Below are positions 8,418 through 17,493 of a stretch of 58,103 bases of DNA, piece by piece. Location: positions 1-58,103 of the forward strand of contig DATCLG010000105.1 in assembly GCA_036564015.1 (NCBI GenBank), written 5' to 3'. The stretch is from Longimicrobiales bacterium. GTDB taxonomy: Bacteria; Gemmatimonadota; Gemmatimonadetes; Longimicrobiales; RSA9. The notes below the pieces were generated by a model. It was not told the origin of the DNA, did not search any database, and saw only the letters and a list, made by a program, of their open reading frames with translations. Position 1 is the stretch's first letter. Each line of letters starts with the position of its first letter. The position numbers were made by a program, and so were the translations under genes.

Positions 8418-9182
8418 TCAAATGATCATTCCGCCATCTACGACGATCACCTGGCCCGTGATGTAGGACGCGCCGGGCCCGGCCAGGAAACGCACCACCG
8501 CGGCGACGTCCTCCGGCGTGCCGAGGCGCCCCAGCGCAATCTGCCGCATGAGCTCCTCCCGCGCAGCGTCCGTCATTGCCGCCGTCATGTCCGTTTCGAT
8601 GAACCCCGGCGCCACTGCGTTGCAAAGGATCCCGCGCGACGCGAGCTCCTTCGCCACCGACTTGGTCAACCCGATCAGCCCGGCCTTCGATGCCGCGTAG
8701 TTCGCCTGCCCCTTGTTCCCCGCCAGGCCGACGACGCTGGTGATGTTGATGATCCGCCCGCTGCGCCGCCGCATCATCCCCCGCGCGGCCGCGCGGATCG
8801 CGTAGAACGCGCCCTTCAGGTTCGTGTCCAGAACGCGGTCGAACTCCTCGTCCTTCAAGCGCACGAGCAGGTTGTCCTCTGTCACCCCGGCGTTGTTCAC
8901 CAGGATGTCGAGCGAGCCGAACTCCGCCTCGACCGTCTTCACCAGCTCGTCCACCGCGGCGCTGTCCGCCACATCGCAGCCGAAGCCCTGGTGGCCCGTG
9001 CCCGGCAGGCTCGCCGCCGCCTCGGCCGCCCGCTCCGCCGACCGCGCCACGACCACCACCCGCGCCCCGCCCCGGGCCAGCGATTCGGCGATCGCCCGAC
9101 CGATCCCCCGGCTCGCGCCCGTCACCAGCGCGACCTGGCCGGCCAGCTCATTCCCCTCGAAGCTGCGCTGCACCTCGCTCAT
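8418..9182 (-). CDS. fabG: 3-oxoacyl-ACP reductase
   Basis: 254 aa SDR with [16 protein letters not shown] and YAASKAG (Y-x3-K). The ATG at 9182 forms an ATGA overlap with the fabD stop. Confidence 0.95.
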   Translation of the reverse strand: MSEVQRSFEGNELAGQVALVTGASRGIGRAIAESLARGGARVVVVARSAERAAEAAASLPGTGHQGFGCDVADSAAVDELVKTVEAEFGSLDILVNNAGVTEDNLLVRLKDEEFDRVLDTNLKGAFYAIRAAARGMMRRRSGRIINITSVVGLAGNKGQANYAASKAGLIGLTKSVAKELASRGILCNAVAPGFIETDMTAAMTDAAREELMRQIALGRLGTPEDVAAVVRFLAGPGASYITGQVIVVDGGMII

Positions 9183-10102
9183 CCTCGCAGAAAGGCCTCC
9201 ACTTCTTCCGCTTTCCCCAGGGTCCGCACCTCCGCCGCCCGATCGATTCGCTTGAGCAGCCCGCTGAGCACGTTGCCCGGACCCAGCTCGAGGAACCGGG
9301 TCACCCCGGCAGCCAGGATCGTCCGCATGCACCCCGTCCAGCGGACCGGCGCCGTGAGCTGTTGCAGCAACAGCCTCCGTGCCTCGACCGCGTCCGTCAC
9401 CGGGAGAGCAGTCACGTTCGAGACGACCGGAAAACGAGGCGACTCCAGGCTCACCGTCTCCAGGTGCGCCGCCAGCCCGGCTTCGGCCGCCGCCATGAGC
9501 GGCGAATGGAACGCGCCCGACACGTTCAGCCTGACCACTCGCTTCGCTCCCGCCTCCCTGGCCAGCTCCATCACCCGCTCCACTGCCGGCACATCCCCGC
9601 TCACCACCACCTGACCAGGAGCGTTGTAATTCGCCGGCACGCATTCGCCACCCTCACCCGCCACCTCCCGGCAAAGCCGCTCCACCTCCTCGTCCTCCAG
9701 GCCCAGGATCGCGGCCATGGTGCCCGGCCGCTGCCGCCCGCTCTCGAACATGAGCTGGCCCCGCCGCCGCACCGTCCGCAGCGCATCCGCAAACGTCAGC
9801 GCCCCCGCCGCCGTGTACGCGGTGAACTCGCCCAGCGAATGCCCCGCCGCGAACTGAACCCCCTCCAGCCGCGCCGAGACCACACGGTAAACCGCGATCG
9901 AGTGCGTCAGAATGGCCGGCTGAGCATTGTGCGTGGCCGTCAGCTCCTCTTCCGGCCCCTCCCACGCCAGCCGCGAGAGCGCCACGCCCAGCACATCGTC
10001 CGCTTCCTCGAAAACCGCCCGCGCCTCCGGGAACGCAGCCGCCAGGTCCCGGCCCATCCCCACGTACTGCGATCCCTGGCCAGGAAAGAGCAGCGCTACC
10101 AA
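9179..10102 (-). CDS. fabD: Malonyl-CoA:ACP transacylase
   Basis: LLFPGQGSQYVGMG and the GHSLGE nucleophile elbow. The TTG start overlaps the fabH stop. Confidence 0.92.
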   Translation of the reverse strand: MVALLFPGQGSQYVGMGRDLAAAFPEARAVFEEADDVLGVALSRLAWEGPEEELTATHNAQPAILTHSIAVYRVVSARLEGVQFAAGHSLGEFTAYTAAGALTFADALRTVRRRGQLMFESGRQRPGTMAAILGLEDEEVERLCREVAGEGGECVPANYNAPGQVVVSGDVPAVERVMELAREAGAKRVVRLNVSGAFHSPLMAAAEAGLAAHLETVSLESPRFPVVSNVTALPVTDAVEARRLLLQQLTAPVRWTGCMRTILAAGVTRFLELGPGNVLSGLLKRIDRAAEVRTLGKAEEVEAFLRG

Positions 10103-11088
10103 CGCAACACCGTCGATGCCCAGGTGAATCCAGCGCCGAAGGCCACCATGAGAACGTTCGACCCCGGCTTCAGCCGCCCCTCTTCCAGCGCCTCGTCCAG
10201 CGCCACCGGGAGCGTCGCCGAACTCATGTTCCCATAGCGGTCTACGTTCACGTAGACCTTCTCCATGGGGAGATTGGCGTACCTCGCCGTCGCTTCGATG
10301 ATCCGAATGTTGGCTTGATGAGGAATGAAGAGATCGATGTCGTCGCTGGTCAATCCCGCCCGCAGCAGCGCCTGGTCCGCCGCCTCCGCCATCGACCGCA
10401 CCGCCGCCTTGAACACCTCCCGCCCCGCCATCTTCACGTAGTGCAGCCGCTCATCCAGCACCGCCTGGTCGAACGGCAGGCGGGCACCCCCGCCCGGGCG
10501 CCACAGCAGCTCCGCCAGCGTCCCATCGGACCGCATGTAGTGCGAGAGGATGCCACGGCCGTTCGTGCTCCGCCGCACCACCACCGCGCCCGCCCCATCC
10601 CCGAACAGCACGCACGTCGACCGATCCGTCCAGTCCGTGATCGCGCTCATCTTCTCGGTCGCCACGACGAGCGCGATGTCCGCCCGACCGGTCGCGATGT
10701 GCCCCTCCACCACCGCCAGCGCGTAGAGAAAACCCGAGCACGCCGCCGACACATCGAACGCCGCCGCGTTGCTCGCACCCAGCCGCGCCTGCACCTCGCA
10801 CGCCGTCGCCGGAAGCAGCCGGTCCGGCGTCGCCGTCGCCACCACGATCAGATCCACCTCGCCCGGCTGCACCCCCGCCCGCTCCATCGCAATCTTCGCC
10901 GCCGCAGCCCCCATCTCCGCCGCCCCCACCTCCGCCGGCGCGATCCTCCGCTCCCGAATCCCCGTCCGCTCCCGAATCCATTCGTCGGACGTGTCCACCA
11001 TTCGCTCGAGATCGGCGTTCGTCAGCACCCGCTCGGGCAACCAACGACCTGTCGCTACGATCTCGACCAGTGGCTTCGGCGCCTTCAT
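10096..11088 (-). CDS. fabH: 3-oxoacyl-ACP synthase III
   Basis: AACSGFLYAL (Cys), PHQANIRII (His), YGNMSSATL (Asn). ATGA overlap with the plsX stop. Confidence 0.95.
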   Translation of the reverse strand: MKAPKPLVEIVATGRWLPERVLTNADLERMVDTSDEWIRERTGIRERRIAPAEVGAAEMGAAAAKIAMERAGVQPGEVDLIVVATATPDRLLPATACEVQARLGASNAAAFDVSAACSGFLYALAVVEGHIATGRADIALVVATEKMSAITDWTDRSTCVLFGDGAGAVVVRRSTNGRGILSHYMRSDGTLAELLWRPGGGARLPFDQAVLDERLHYVKMAGREVFKAAVRSMAEAADQALLRAGLTSDDIDLFIPHQANIRIIEATARYANLPMEKVYVNVDRYGNMSSATLPVALDEALEEGRLKPGSNVLMVAFGAGFTWASTVLRW

Positions 11089-12083
11089 GCGCCCTCCGCC
11101 GCACGCGGCGGTGGGCTGGCCAGCTCACGCTTGATATGCCCCAACATCTCCCTCTCGACCGCCTGGATCGCTACCCGGATCGCATTCCTGATCGCCCGCG
11201 GCGGCGAACCACCGTGACAGACGATCGATATCCCGTTCACGCCCAGGAGCGGTGCACCACCGTATTCCGTGTAATCCAGAGGACGAAACACCCGCTCCAG
11301 ATGCGCCTCCGCCGGCGTGTCCATGAGCTCCCGGCTCAAGAGCCCGTGGACGAAGCTCGCCACGGACTCGTAGAACTTGAGCAGGACATTGCCCACGAAC
11401 CCGTCCGTCACCAGCACATCGCACGCACCCGGAATGATGTCCCGCCCCTCGATGTTGCCGACGAAGTTGAGCCCGCTCTCCCGCAGCAGCCGATGCGCTC
11501 CCGCCGCCAGCTCATTCCCCTTCTCCGGCTCCTCGCCAATGTTCAGGAGCCCGACCCGGGGATTCTGCCGCCCCATCACATCCTGCGCGTACACCACCCC
11601 CAGCTGCGCCCACTGCAGCAAATGATGCGGCTTGCTGTCGACGTTCGCACCCGCATCGATCATGAGCACCGGGTCTGCAGCCGTCGGGAGCACCGTCCCG
11701 ATCGCCGGCCGGTCCACCCCGGGCAGCGGTCCCAGCAGGAAGAGCGACGCCGCCATCACCGCGCCCGTCGAACCCGCGCTCACGAACGCGTCCGCCCGCC
11801 CCGACCGCTGCAGCATCAGCCCCACGACGATCGACGAGTCCGCCTTACGCCGAACCGCCGCCGCCGGAGCCTCCCCCGGTTCGATCCGCTGGGACGCGTG
11901 CACGATCTCCAGCCGATCTCCCGGCACCTCGCCCAGCCGGCTCAACTCCTCTTCGATCTGTTCCCGGTTGCCTACCAGGACAACCTGGAACTCGCCCGGA
12001 ATCTCGCGCAGCGCCTGAACCGCGCCCTGGACCTCCACCGCCGGGCAGCGGTCGGTCCCCATGGCGTCCAGCGCGATCCGCAC
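11085..12083 (-). CDS. plsX: Phosphate acyltransferase PlsX
   Basis: The N-terminus VRIALDAMGTD matches the canonical PlsX start, so I chose the GTG at 12083. FVGNIEGRD and HGGS motifs are present. The longer track ORF would overlap rpmF. Confidence 0.9.
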   Translation of the reverse strand: MRIALDAMGTDRCPAVEVQGAVQALREIPGEFQVVLVGNREQIEEELSRLGEVPGDRLEIVHASQRIEPGEAPAAAVRRKADSSIVVGLMLQRSGRADAFVSAGSTGAVMAASLFLLGPLPGVDRPAIGTVLPTAADPVLMIDAGANVDSKPHHLLQWAQLGVVYAQDVMGRQNPRVGLLNIGEEPEKGNELAAGAHRLLRESGLNFVGNIEGRDIIPGACDVLVTDGFVGNVLLKFYESVASFVHGLLSRELMDTPAEAHLERVFRPLDYTEYGGAPLLGVNGISIVCHGGSPPRAIRNAIRVAIQAVEREMLGHIKRELASPPPRAAEGA

Positions 12084-12093
12084 TCGCGCCCCC

Positions 12094-12276
12094 TTAGATC
12101 TTCTCGATCTTGAGGACTTCCCGGCCAGCGTAGTACCCGCAGGTCGGGCAAACCCGATGCGGAATCCTCGGGTCACCGCAGCGCGGGCAACTGTTCAGCG
12201 TCGGCCGCTCCGCCTTGTAATGCGTCCTCCGCTTGCGCTTCCGCTGCTTCGATACTCTCTTCTTCGGAACCGCCAT
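12094..12276 (-). CDS. rpmF: 50S ribosomal protein L32
   Basis: 60 aa, MAVPKKRVSKQRKRKRRTHYK with a CPRCG...CPTCG zinc ribbon. Confidence 0.95.
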   Translation of the reverse strand: MAVPKKRVSKQRKRKRRTHYKAERPTLNSCPRCGDPRIPHRVCPTCGYYAGREVLKIEKI

Positions 12277-12285
12277 GCATCCTCC

Positions 12286-12795
12286 TCAATCCAACTTCAG
12301 CGTGCGGAGCGGACCCCAGCGCTCGTCGGGTTCCGCCTGCGCGCAGCCGCACGGGCCTTCATTCAGATTCTTGCCGCAGCGCGGACACAGCCCCTGACAG
12401 GTCTCCCGGCAGACCGGGTAGGGCGGCACCGCGAGCAGGACGTGCTCCCGGACCGGCTCCCGTAGATCCACCGTCCGCGCCGGCGACGGTAGAACGTAAA
12501 CCTCCTGTCGTTCCGCCTCCAGCCTCTCGAGCCCGGGACGGAACACGAACGAGACCGGCTCTTCGAGCTCGTAAACTACATCCTCCAGGCACCGGCGGCA
12601 GCTCAATTCGATCTCGCCCTTCAGCGTGCCCCGAACCACCACATCGCCCCGCACCGTCCGCTGCGCGTTCAGGCGCACGCTCAGCGGCCCGTGTAGGCGC
12701 ACATCCCCGCCCCACAACGGGTCATCCGGCGCCAATGCCTGGTCGATTTCCAGCCGTTGCTCGCGCTCCAGCCGCAAAAGATCGAGTTCCAGCAT
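12286..12795 (-). CDS. yceD: YceD/DUF177 family protein (large-subunit rRNA accumulation protein)
   Basis: 169 aa with the C-terminal CRETCQGLCPRCGKNLNEGPCGC motif, in the conserved position upstream of rpmF-plsX. Confidence 0.85.
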   Translation of the reverse strand: MLELDLLRLEREQRLEIDQALAPDDPLWGGDVRLHGPLSVRLNAQRTVRGDVVVRGTLKGEIELSCRRCLEDVVYELEEPVSFVFRPGLERLEAERQEVYVLPSPARTVDLREPVREHVLLAVPPYPVCRETCQGLCPRCGKNLNEGPCGCAQAEPDERWGPLRTLKLD

Positions 12796-12989
12796 AAGCT
12801 CTCTAAGATGGCCGGTCGAGCGCCGAATGTCAACCGAATTTCCATCCCAAATCCTTGCCCCGGACGGCGATCCCTCCCCCGCGCACCTCCCCCTACGCGT
12901 CGGCCGACGCGCCTCTGGAGCTCGTCGGCCTCTCGATCCGCCCGCTCCTCCGGAGCGGCGAGCGAACGACCAGCACCGCCCGGGCGGCG

Positions 12990-13421
12990 TCAGGCCGGCC
13001 CCGCCGTCTCGAGCACGTCCGCAAGGGCGAAGAAGAAGCTCGCCTCCCGGGTCGCGTTCTCCGGAGAATCCGAGGCGTGGATCGCGTTCCTCTCCTTCGA
13101 CTCCGCATAGAGCGCGCGGATCGTCCCCGGCTTCGCCTCGGCCGGGTCCGTCGCGCCGATCACCTCCCGGAGCCGCGCCACGGCATCCTCCCGCTCCAGG
13201 AGCACCGGGACCACCGGCCCCGAGGTCATGAACCGCACCAGCGACTCGTAGAACGGCCGCTCCCGGTGCACCGCGTAGAACTCCCGGGCCTGCGCCTCCG
13301 TCAGCCGCAGCATCCGCAGGCCCCGAATCCGGAAGCCGTCCTCCTCCAGGTGCGCCAGGATGCGCCCGGTAAGGCCTCGAGCCACCGCATCAGGCTTGAT
13401 GATCGCAAGCGTGTAAGCCAT
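12990..13421 (-). CDS. ndk: Nucleoside diphosphate kinase
   Basis: MAYTLAIIKPDAV ... NAIHASDS (active-site His), from the ATG at 13421. Confidence 0.93.
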   Translation of the reverse strand: MAYTLAIIKPDAVARGLTGRILAHLEEDGFRIRGLRMLRLTEAQAREFYAVHRERPFYESLVRFMTSGPVVPVLLEREDAVARLREVIGATDPAEAKPGTIRALYAESKERNAIHASDSPENATREASFFFALADVLETAGPA

Positions 13422-13428
13422 GAATCCG

Positions 13429-14322
13429 TCAACGGGCAAAGAGTTTACGGATAAGGTCGCCCCGCGTCAGGAACCCCGTAAGCTTCCCCTCGCTCACGAC
13501 CGGGAACTGCTCGACGTCCTTGTTGATCATGAGATGCGCGACCTCGTCCACCCCCAGCTCCTCCGATATGCAGAGAACGGAGCGGGTCATGATGTCGCGC
13601 GCCTTGAGCTCGGGTGGCACCTCCAGCTCCTTCAACCCGGTCTCCTCGCCGGCCCGGGGGATGTGGGGCAGTAACGCCCGCATCACATCCCACTCGGAGA
13701 TGATCCCGAGCACCTCCTGCTTCTCCCCCACCACCGGGATCGCCCGGAGCCGCTGGCGGACCATGATGTCCACGACCTTCTGGACCGGCGTGTCGGGCGT
13801 CACGCGGTCGACCTGGTGCACCATCACGTCGCGGACGCTCAGCCGCGGCTGGATCTTTACCTCGCGCATCTCCGGCAGCGCGAGCACCTCATCCGGCGAA
13901 CGGGCCTGCATCATCCGCTCGACGACCTGCTCCTGCTTCAGCAGGCGCGCGACCGTCGAGACGGTTCGCAGGTAGAGCGTCGCCGCCTCGGGTGGAGCAA
14001 GGATCAGCACGACGACCCGCGGCGAGGTGTCGAACCCGAGATCCCGGGCAGGAAGCGGGACGGGCGAGATCCCCAGCGCCACCACCGAGCGGTCCACGGC
14101 CTCCGTCCGGAAGTGCGGAAGCGCGACCCGCTCCTCCACGGCGACCACGCCGCGCGGCCGCTCCTCAGCCAGCAGGCGCTCGAGCACCTCCCGGTCGCGG
14201 ATCTCGCCCTGCTCGGCGAGCCGACGCACCATGAGCAGCAGCGCCTCCCGCAGCGAGGCCGCTTCCAGGGGCAGGAAAACGTTCTCCCGGGGAAGCAGAT
14301 CGAGAAGCTGGAGCGGCGGCAT
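13429..14322 (-). CDS. PTS EIIA(Ntr)-like domain fused to a CBS-domain pair
   Basis: The N-terminal roughly 150 aa resemble PtsN/EIIA type 2, including ERVALPHFR with the phosphorylatable His context. The C-terminal part has two CBS repeats (VRDVMVHQVDRVTPDTPV...AIPVV ; ARDIMTRSVLCISEE...QFPVV). Confidence 0.7.
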   Translation of the reverse strand: MPPLQLLDLLPRENVFLPLEAASLREALLLMVRRLAEQGEIRDREVLERLLAEERPRGVVAVEERVALPHFRTEAVDRSVVALGISPVPLPARDLGFDTSPRVVVLILAPPEAATLYLRTVSTVARLLKQEQVVERMMQARSPDEVLALPEMREVKIQPRLSVRDVMVHQVDRVTPDTPVQKVVDIMVRQRLRAIPVVGEKQEVLGIISEWDVMRALLPHIPRAGEETGLKELEVPPELKARDIMTRSVLCISEELGVDEVAHLMINKDVEQFPVVSEGKLTGFLTRGDLIRKLFAR

Positions 14323-14351
14323 ACGCCCTTGCCCCGACCGGGCTCAGCCGG

Positions 14352-15233
14352 TCAGAGCACCTCCCGGATCAGACCCACCACATCCGATGGCCGACGGGCC
14401 ACCCGCACCCCGTTCTCCTCGAAGGCCTGGATCTTCTCCGCCGCCGTGCCGGCAGAACCGCTGATGATCGCGCCGGCATGCCCCATCCGTCGGCCCGGCG
14501 GCGCCGTCTGGCCGGCGATGAACGCCACGACCGGCTTCGTGACCCGCTCCCGGATGTACCGGGCCGCCTCCTGCTCGTCTGTGCCGCCGATCTCGCCGAT
14601 CAGCACGATCGCCCGCGTCTCCTCGTCCGCCTCGAAGGCGGCCAGGCAGTCGATGAAGTTCGTGCCGATGATCGGGTCACCGCCGATCCCCACGCAGGTG
14701 CTCTGCCCGATCCCCGCGTTGGTGAGCTGGTAGACGACCTCGTACGTCAGCGTCCCGGACCGCGACACGACACCCACCGGGCCAGGCTTCGCGATCTGTC
14801 CCGGCATGATCCCCACCTTGCACTTGCCCGGCGCCAGCGCACCCGGGCAGTTCGGGCCGAGCAGCCGGGCCCCGCGCTCAACCACGTACGGGTAGACCCG
14901 GGCCATGTCCAGCACCGGGATCCCTTCCGTAATCGCCACCACGAACTTCACGCCCGCGTCGACCGCCTCCATGATCGCATCGGCCGCCGCCGCCGGCGGG
15001 ACGTAGATCACCGAGGCGTTCGCGCCGGTCTCCGCAACGGCCCGGTCCATCGTGTTGAAGACGGGGACCGTCTGGCCGTTCGGGCCCTCGAAGCGCTGAC
15101 CGCCCTTCCCCGGCGTCACCCCGCCCACGACCTTCGTCCCGTACTCCATCATCTGCCGGGCATGGAAGGAGCCATCGCGCCCCGTGATCCCCTGCACCAG
15201 CAGCCGCGTGTTCTCGTCGATGAAGATCGCCAT
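14352..15233 (-). CDS. sucD: Succinyl-CoA synthetase alpha subunit
   Basis: [29 protein letters not shown] (phospho-His). Confidence 0.96.
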   Translation of the reverse strand: MAIFIDENTRLLVQGITGRDGSFHARQMMEYGTKVVGGVTPGKGGQRFEGPNGQTVPVFNTMDRAVAETGANASVIYVPPAAAADAIMEAVDAGVKFVVAITEGIPVLDMARVYPYVVERGARLLGPNCPGALAPGKCKVGIMPGQIAKPGPVGVVSRSGTLTYEVVYQLTNAGIGQSTCVGIGGDPIIGTNFIDCLAAFEADEETRAIVLIGEIGGTDEQEAARYIRERVTKPVVAFIAGQTAPPGRRMGHAGAIISGSAGTAAEKIQAFEENGVRVARRPSDVVGLIREVL

Positions 15234-15245
15234 GAACCGCTCCGT

Positions 15246-16379
15246 TTATGCCCGAGCCAGCTTGACCGCCTCCTGCACCACGTCATCCATCGACGTGGTG
15301 GCACGGAAACCGGCTTTCTCCAGGATCTGCACCGCCGCCTGCTCGTTCGTCCCCGTCAGGCGGATCACCAGCGGCACCTTGATGTCGATCCGCTTCGTCG
15401 CTTCCACGATCCCGTTGGCCACGTCGTCGCAGCGCGTGATCCCGCCGAAGATGTTGAACAGGATCACCCGGACGTTGGGGTCGCTCGTGATGATCTTCAG
15501 CGCATTGACCACCTTCTCCGGGTTCGACGACCCGCCAATGTCGAGGAAGTTCGCCGGCTCGCCCCCGTAGAACTTGATCAGGTCCATCGTCGCCATGGCG
15601 AGCCCGGCTCCGTTCACCACGGCGCCGATGTTCCCGTCCAGCTTGATGTACGAGAGCCCGGCCTCCCGGGCCTGCGTCTCGGACGGCGGCTCCGCCGAAA
15701 CGTCGCGCAGCGCCGCGATCTCCGGGCGCCGGAAGAGCTCGTTGTCGTCGATGTTCATCTTGGCGTCGATCGCCTTGACCTCGCCCGTCGGGGTCGTGAT
15801 CAGCGGGTTGATCTCCGCGAGCGACGCCCCGCTCTCCACGAACGCCGTGTAGAGCTGCCGGAGAATGAGCGCGCACGCCTTCTGCTGCGCTGGCTCCTGG
15901 TACAGCTCCACGGCCAGCCAGTACGCCTGGTGCGGCAAGAGACCGTAGCGCGGGTCCACGGTGAGCTTCCGGATCGCTTCCGGCTTGGTCGCCGCCACCT
16001 CCTCGATGTCCACGCCGCCCTCGCGGCTCACCATGAAGACCGGCCGCTTGGAGGCCCGATCGACGATCACCCCCACGTAACTTTCCGAAGTGATCTCCTC
16101 CGCGGGGGTGACCAGGACCTTCTGGACCTTGAGGCCCTTGATCTCCATCCCCAGGATCCGCTCCGCGTGCGCGCGGGCCTCCTCGGGCGTCGCCGCGAGC
16201 TTGACTCCTCCGGCCTTGCCCCGGCCCCCTGCGTGCACCTGCGCCTTCACCACCACCGTCCCCCCCAGCGACCGGGCGATCGCTTCCGCCTCCTCCGGCG
16301 TCGTCGCCACCTCGCCCGGTGGCACCGGAATGCCATACCGGCGCAGGATCTCCTTTGCCTGGTACTCGTGGATGTTCAT
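15246..16379 (-). CDS. sucC: Succinyl-CoA synthetase beta subunit
   Basis: [20 protein letters not shown] from the ATG at 16379, with an ATP-grasp core. The 23-aa track extension was rejected. Confidence 0.96.
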   Translation of the reverse strand: MNIHEYQAKEILRRYGIPVPPGEVATTPEEAEAIARSLGGTVVVKAQVHAGGRGKAGGVKLAATPEEARAHAERILGMEIKGLKVQKVLVTPAEEITSESYVGVIVDRASKRPVFMVSREGGVDIEEVAATKPEAIRKLTVDPRYGLLPHQAYWLAVELYQEPAQQKACALILRQLYTAFVESGASLAEINPLITTPTGEVKAIDAKMNIDDNELFRRPEIAALRDVSAEPPSETQAREAGLSYIKLDGNIGAVVNGAGLAMATMDLIKFYGGEPANFLDIGGSSNPEKVVNALKIITSDPNVRVILFNIFGGITRCDDVANGIVEATKRIDIKVPLVIRLTGTNEQAAVQILEKAGFRATTSMDDVVQEAVKLARA

Positions 16380-16444
16380 GCGCTCCGATCCATCCGTCGC
16401 CGCACAGGACTGCGCCGCGCCAACCCCGGCGCGGCGGTTTCCGT

Positions 16445-17413
16445 TCAAGGGACGATCATCGTCCCGGCTTCCCCACGCACGGCGGGGAGCCCCTCATCGA
16501 GCCGTGCGATGTGGGCTCGCTGACCCCCGGCTCGCACGAAGGCGACCGCCGCCTCGACCTTCGGGGCCATGCTCCCCCGCCCCAGCTCCCCCTCCTCCAG
16601 TAGCCGTTCCGCTTCGGCAACCGTGAGCTGCCGCAGCAGCATCGGCTGCGCCGTGCCGTAGCCGCGGTACACCCCATCCACGTTCGTCAGGACGAGGAGC
16701 ACGTCTGCCCCGATGTCCCGGGCCAGCACCGCGGCGGCCCGATCCTTGTCGATCACCGCGTCGACGCCCTCCAGCCCCAGGACCGGGTCATCATAAACGG
16801 GTGTCCCGCCGCCGCCCGCCGCGATCACGATCGTCCCGCCAGCCACCAGCCGCTTCACCTCCTCCCGCTCCACGATCGCCAGTGGCCGCGGCGACGGGAC
16901 CACGCGCCGCCAGCCGTGCTCACCCCGCGCGACCGCCCACCCCAGCTCGCCAGCCACCGCCCGGGCCTCCTCCTCCGCCATCACCCGCCCGATCGGCTTC
17001 GTCGGCTCCCGGGTCGCCGGGTCGTCCGGGTCGACCAGCACCTGCGTGATCAGCGTCACCACCGACCGCTGCACCCCCGCCCGCTCCAGCGCGTTCTGGA
17101 GCGACTGCTGGATCATGTACCCGATCCACCCGGCCGTCGCCGCCACGAGCACGCCCAGCGGCAATGGCGGCAACCGCCCGCGGGCCAGCTCGTTCCGGAG
17201 CAACTCGTCGCCGATCTGGGGACCGTTCCCGTGCACGACGGCGATCTTCCACCCCGCAGCCGCCAGCGCCACGATCGGCTCCAGGCTCTCGCGCGTGTGG
17301 GCGAACTGCTGGTGTATGTCACCCTGCTCGCCCGGCGGCAACAGAGCATTGCCGCCCAGCGCCACCACGATCGTGCCCGCGCCAGCGGCACCCTCAACGG
17401 GCTGGGCTATCAT
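16445..17413 (-). CDS. arcC: Carbamate kinase
   Basis: ALGGNAL, HGNGPQIG, VVPSPRP, GGGGTPV, VIDKD, GSMAPKVEA. The ATG at 17413 is preceded by GGAGGTG. Confidence 0.85.
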   Translation of the reverse strand: MIAQPVEGAAGAGTIVVALGGNALLPPGEQGDIHQQFAHTRESLEPIVALAAAGWKIAVVHGNGPQIGDELLRNELARGRLPPLPLGVLVAATAGWIGYMIQQSLQNALERAGVQRSVVTLITQVLVDPDDPATREPTKPIGRVMAEEEARAVAGELGWAVARGEHGWRRVVPSPRPLAIVEREEVKRLVAGGTIVIAAGGGGTPVYDDPVLGLEGVDAVIDKDRAAAVLARDIGADVLLVLTNVDGVYRGYGTAQPMLLRQLTVAEAERLLEEGELGRGSMAPKVEAAVAFVRAGGQRAHIARLDEGLPAVRGEAGTMIVP

Positions 17414-17493
17414 ATCACCGCACCTCCGGGCCTGCAAGCGCCAGCCGGCTCCACCGAGCGCCCCCCGCCCCGCACCCCGCTCCCCCGGGCCGG

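Noticed and set aside
12801-12833. Perfect TTGACA (minus strand, 12833..12828) upstream of yceD as the promoter of the yceD-rpmF-plsX-fab cluster.
   Set aside because: No acceptable -10 hexamer lies at 16-19 nt spacing (CATCTT, ATCTTA and TCTTAG are the options). It would also place the TSS at or inside the start codon. It might be a leaderless arrangement, but I cannot support that from sequence alone.
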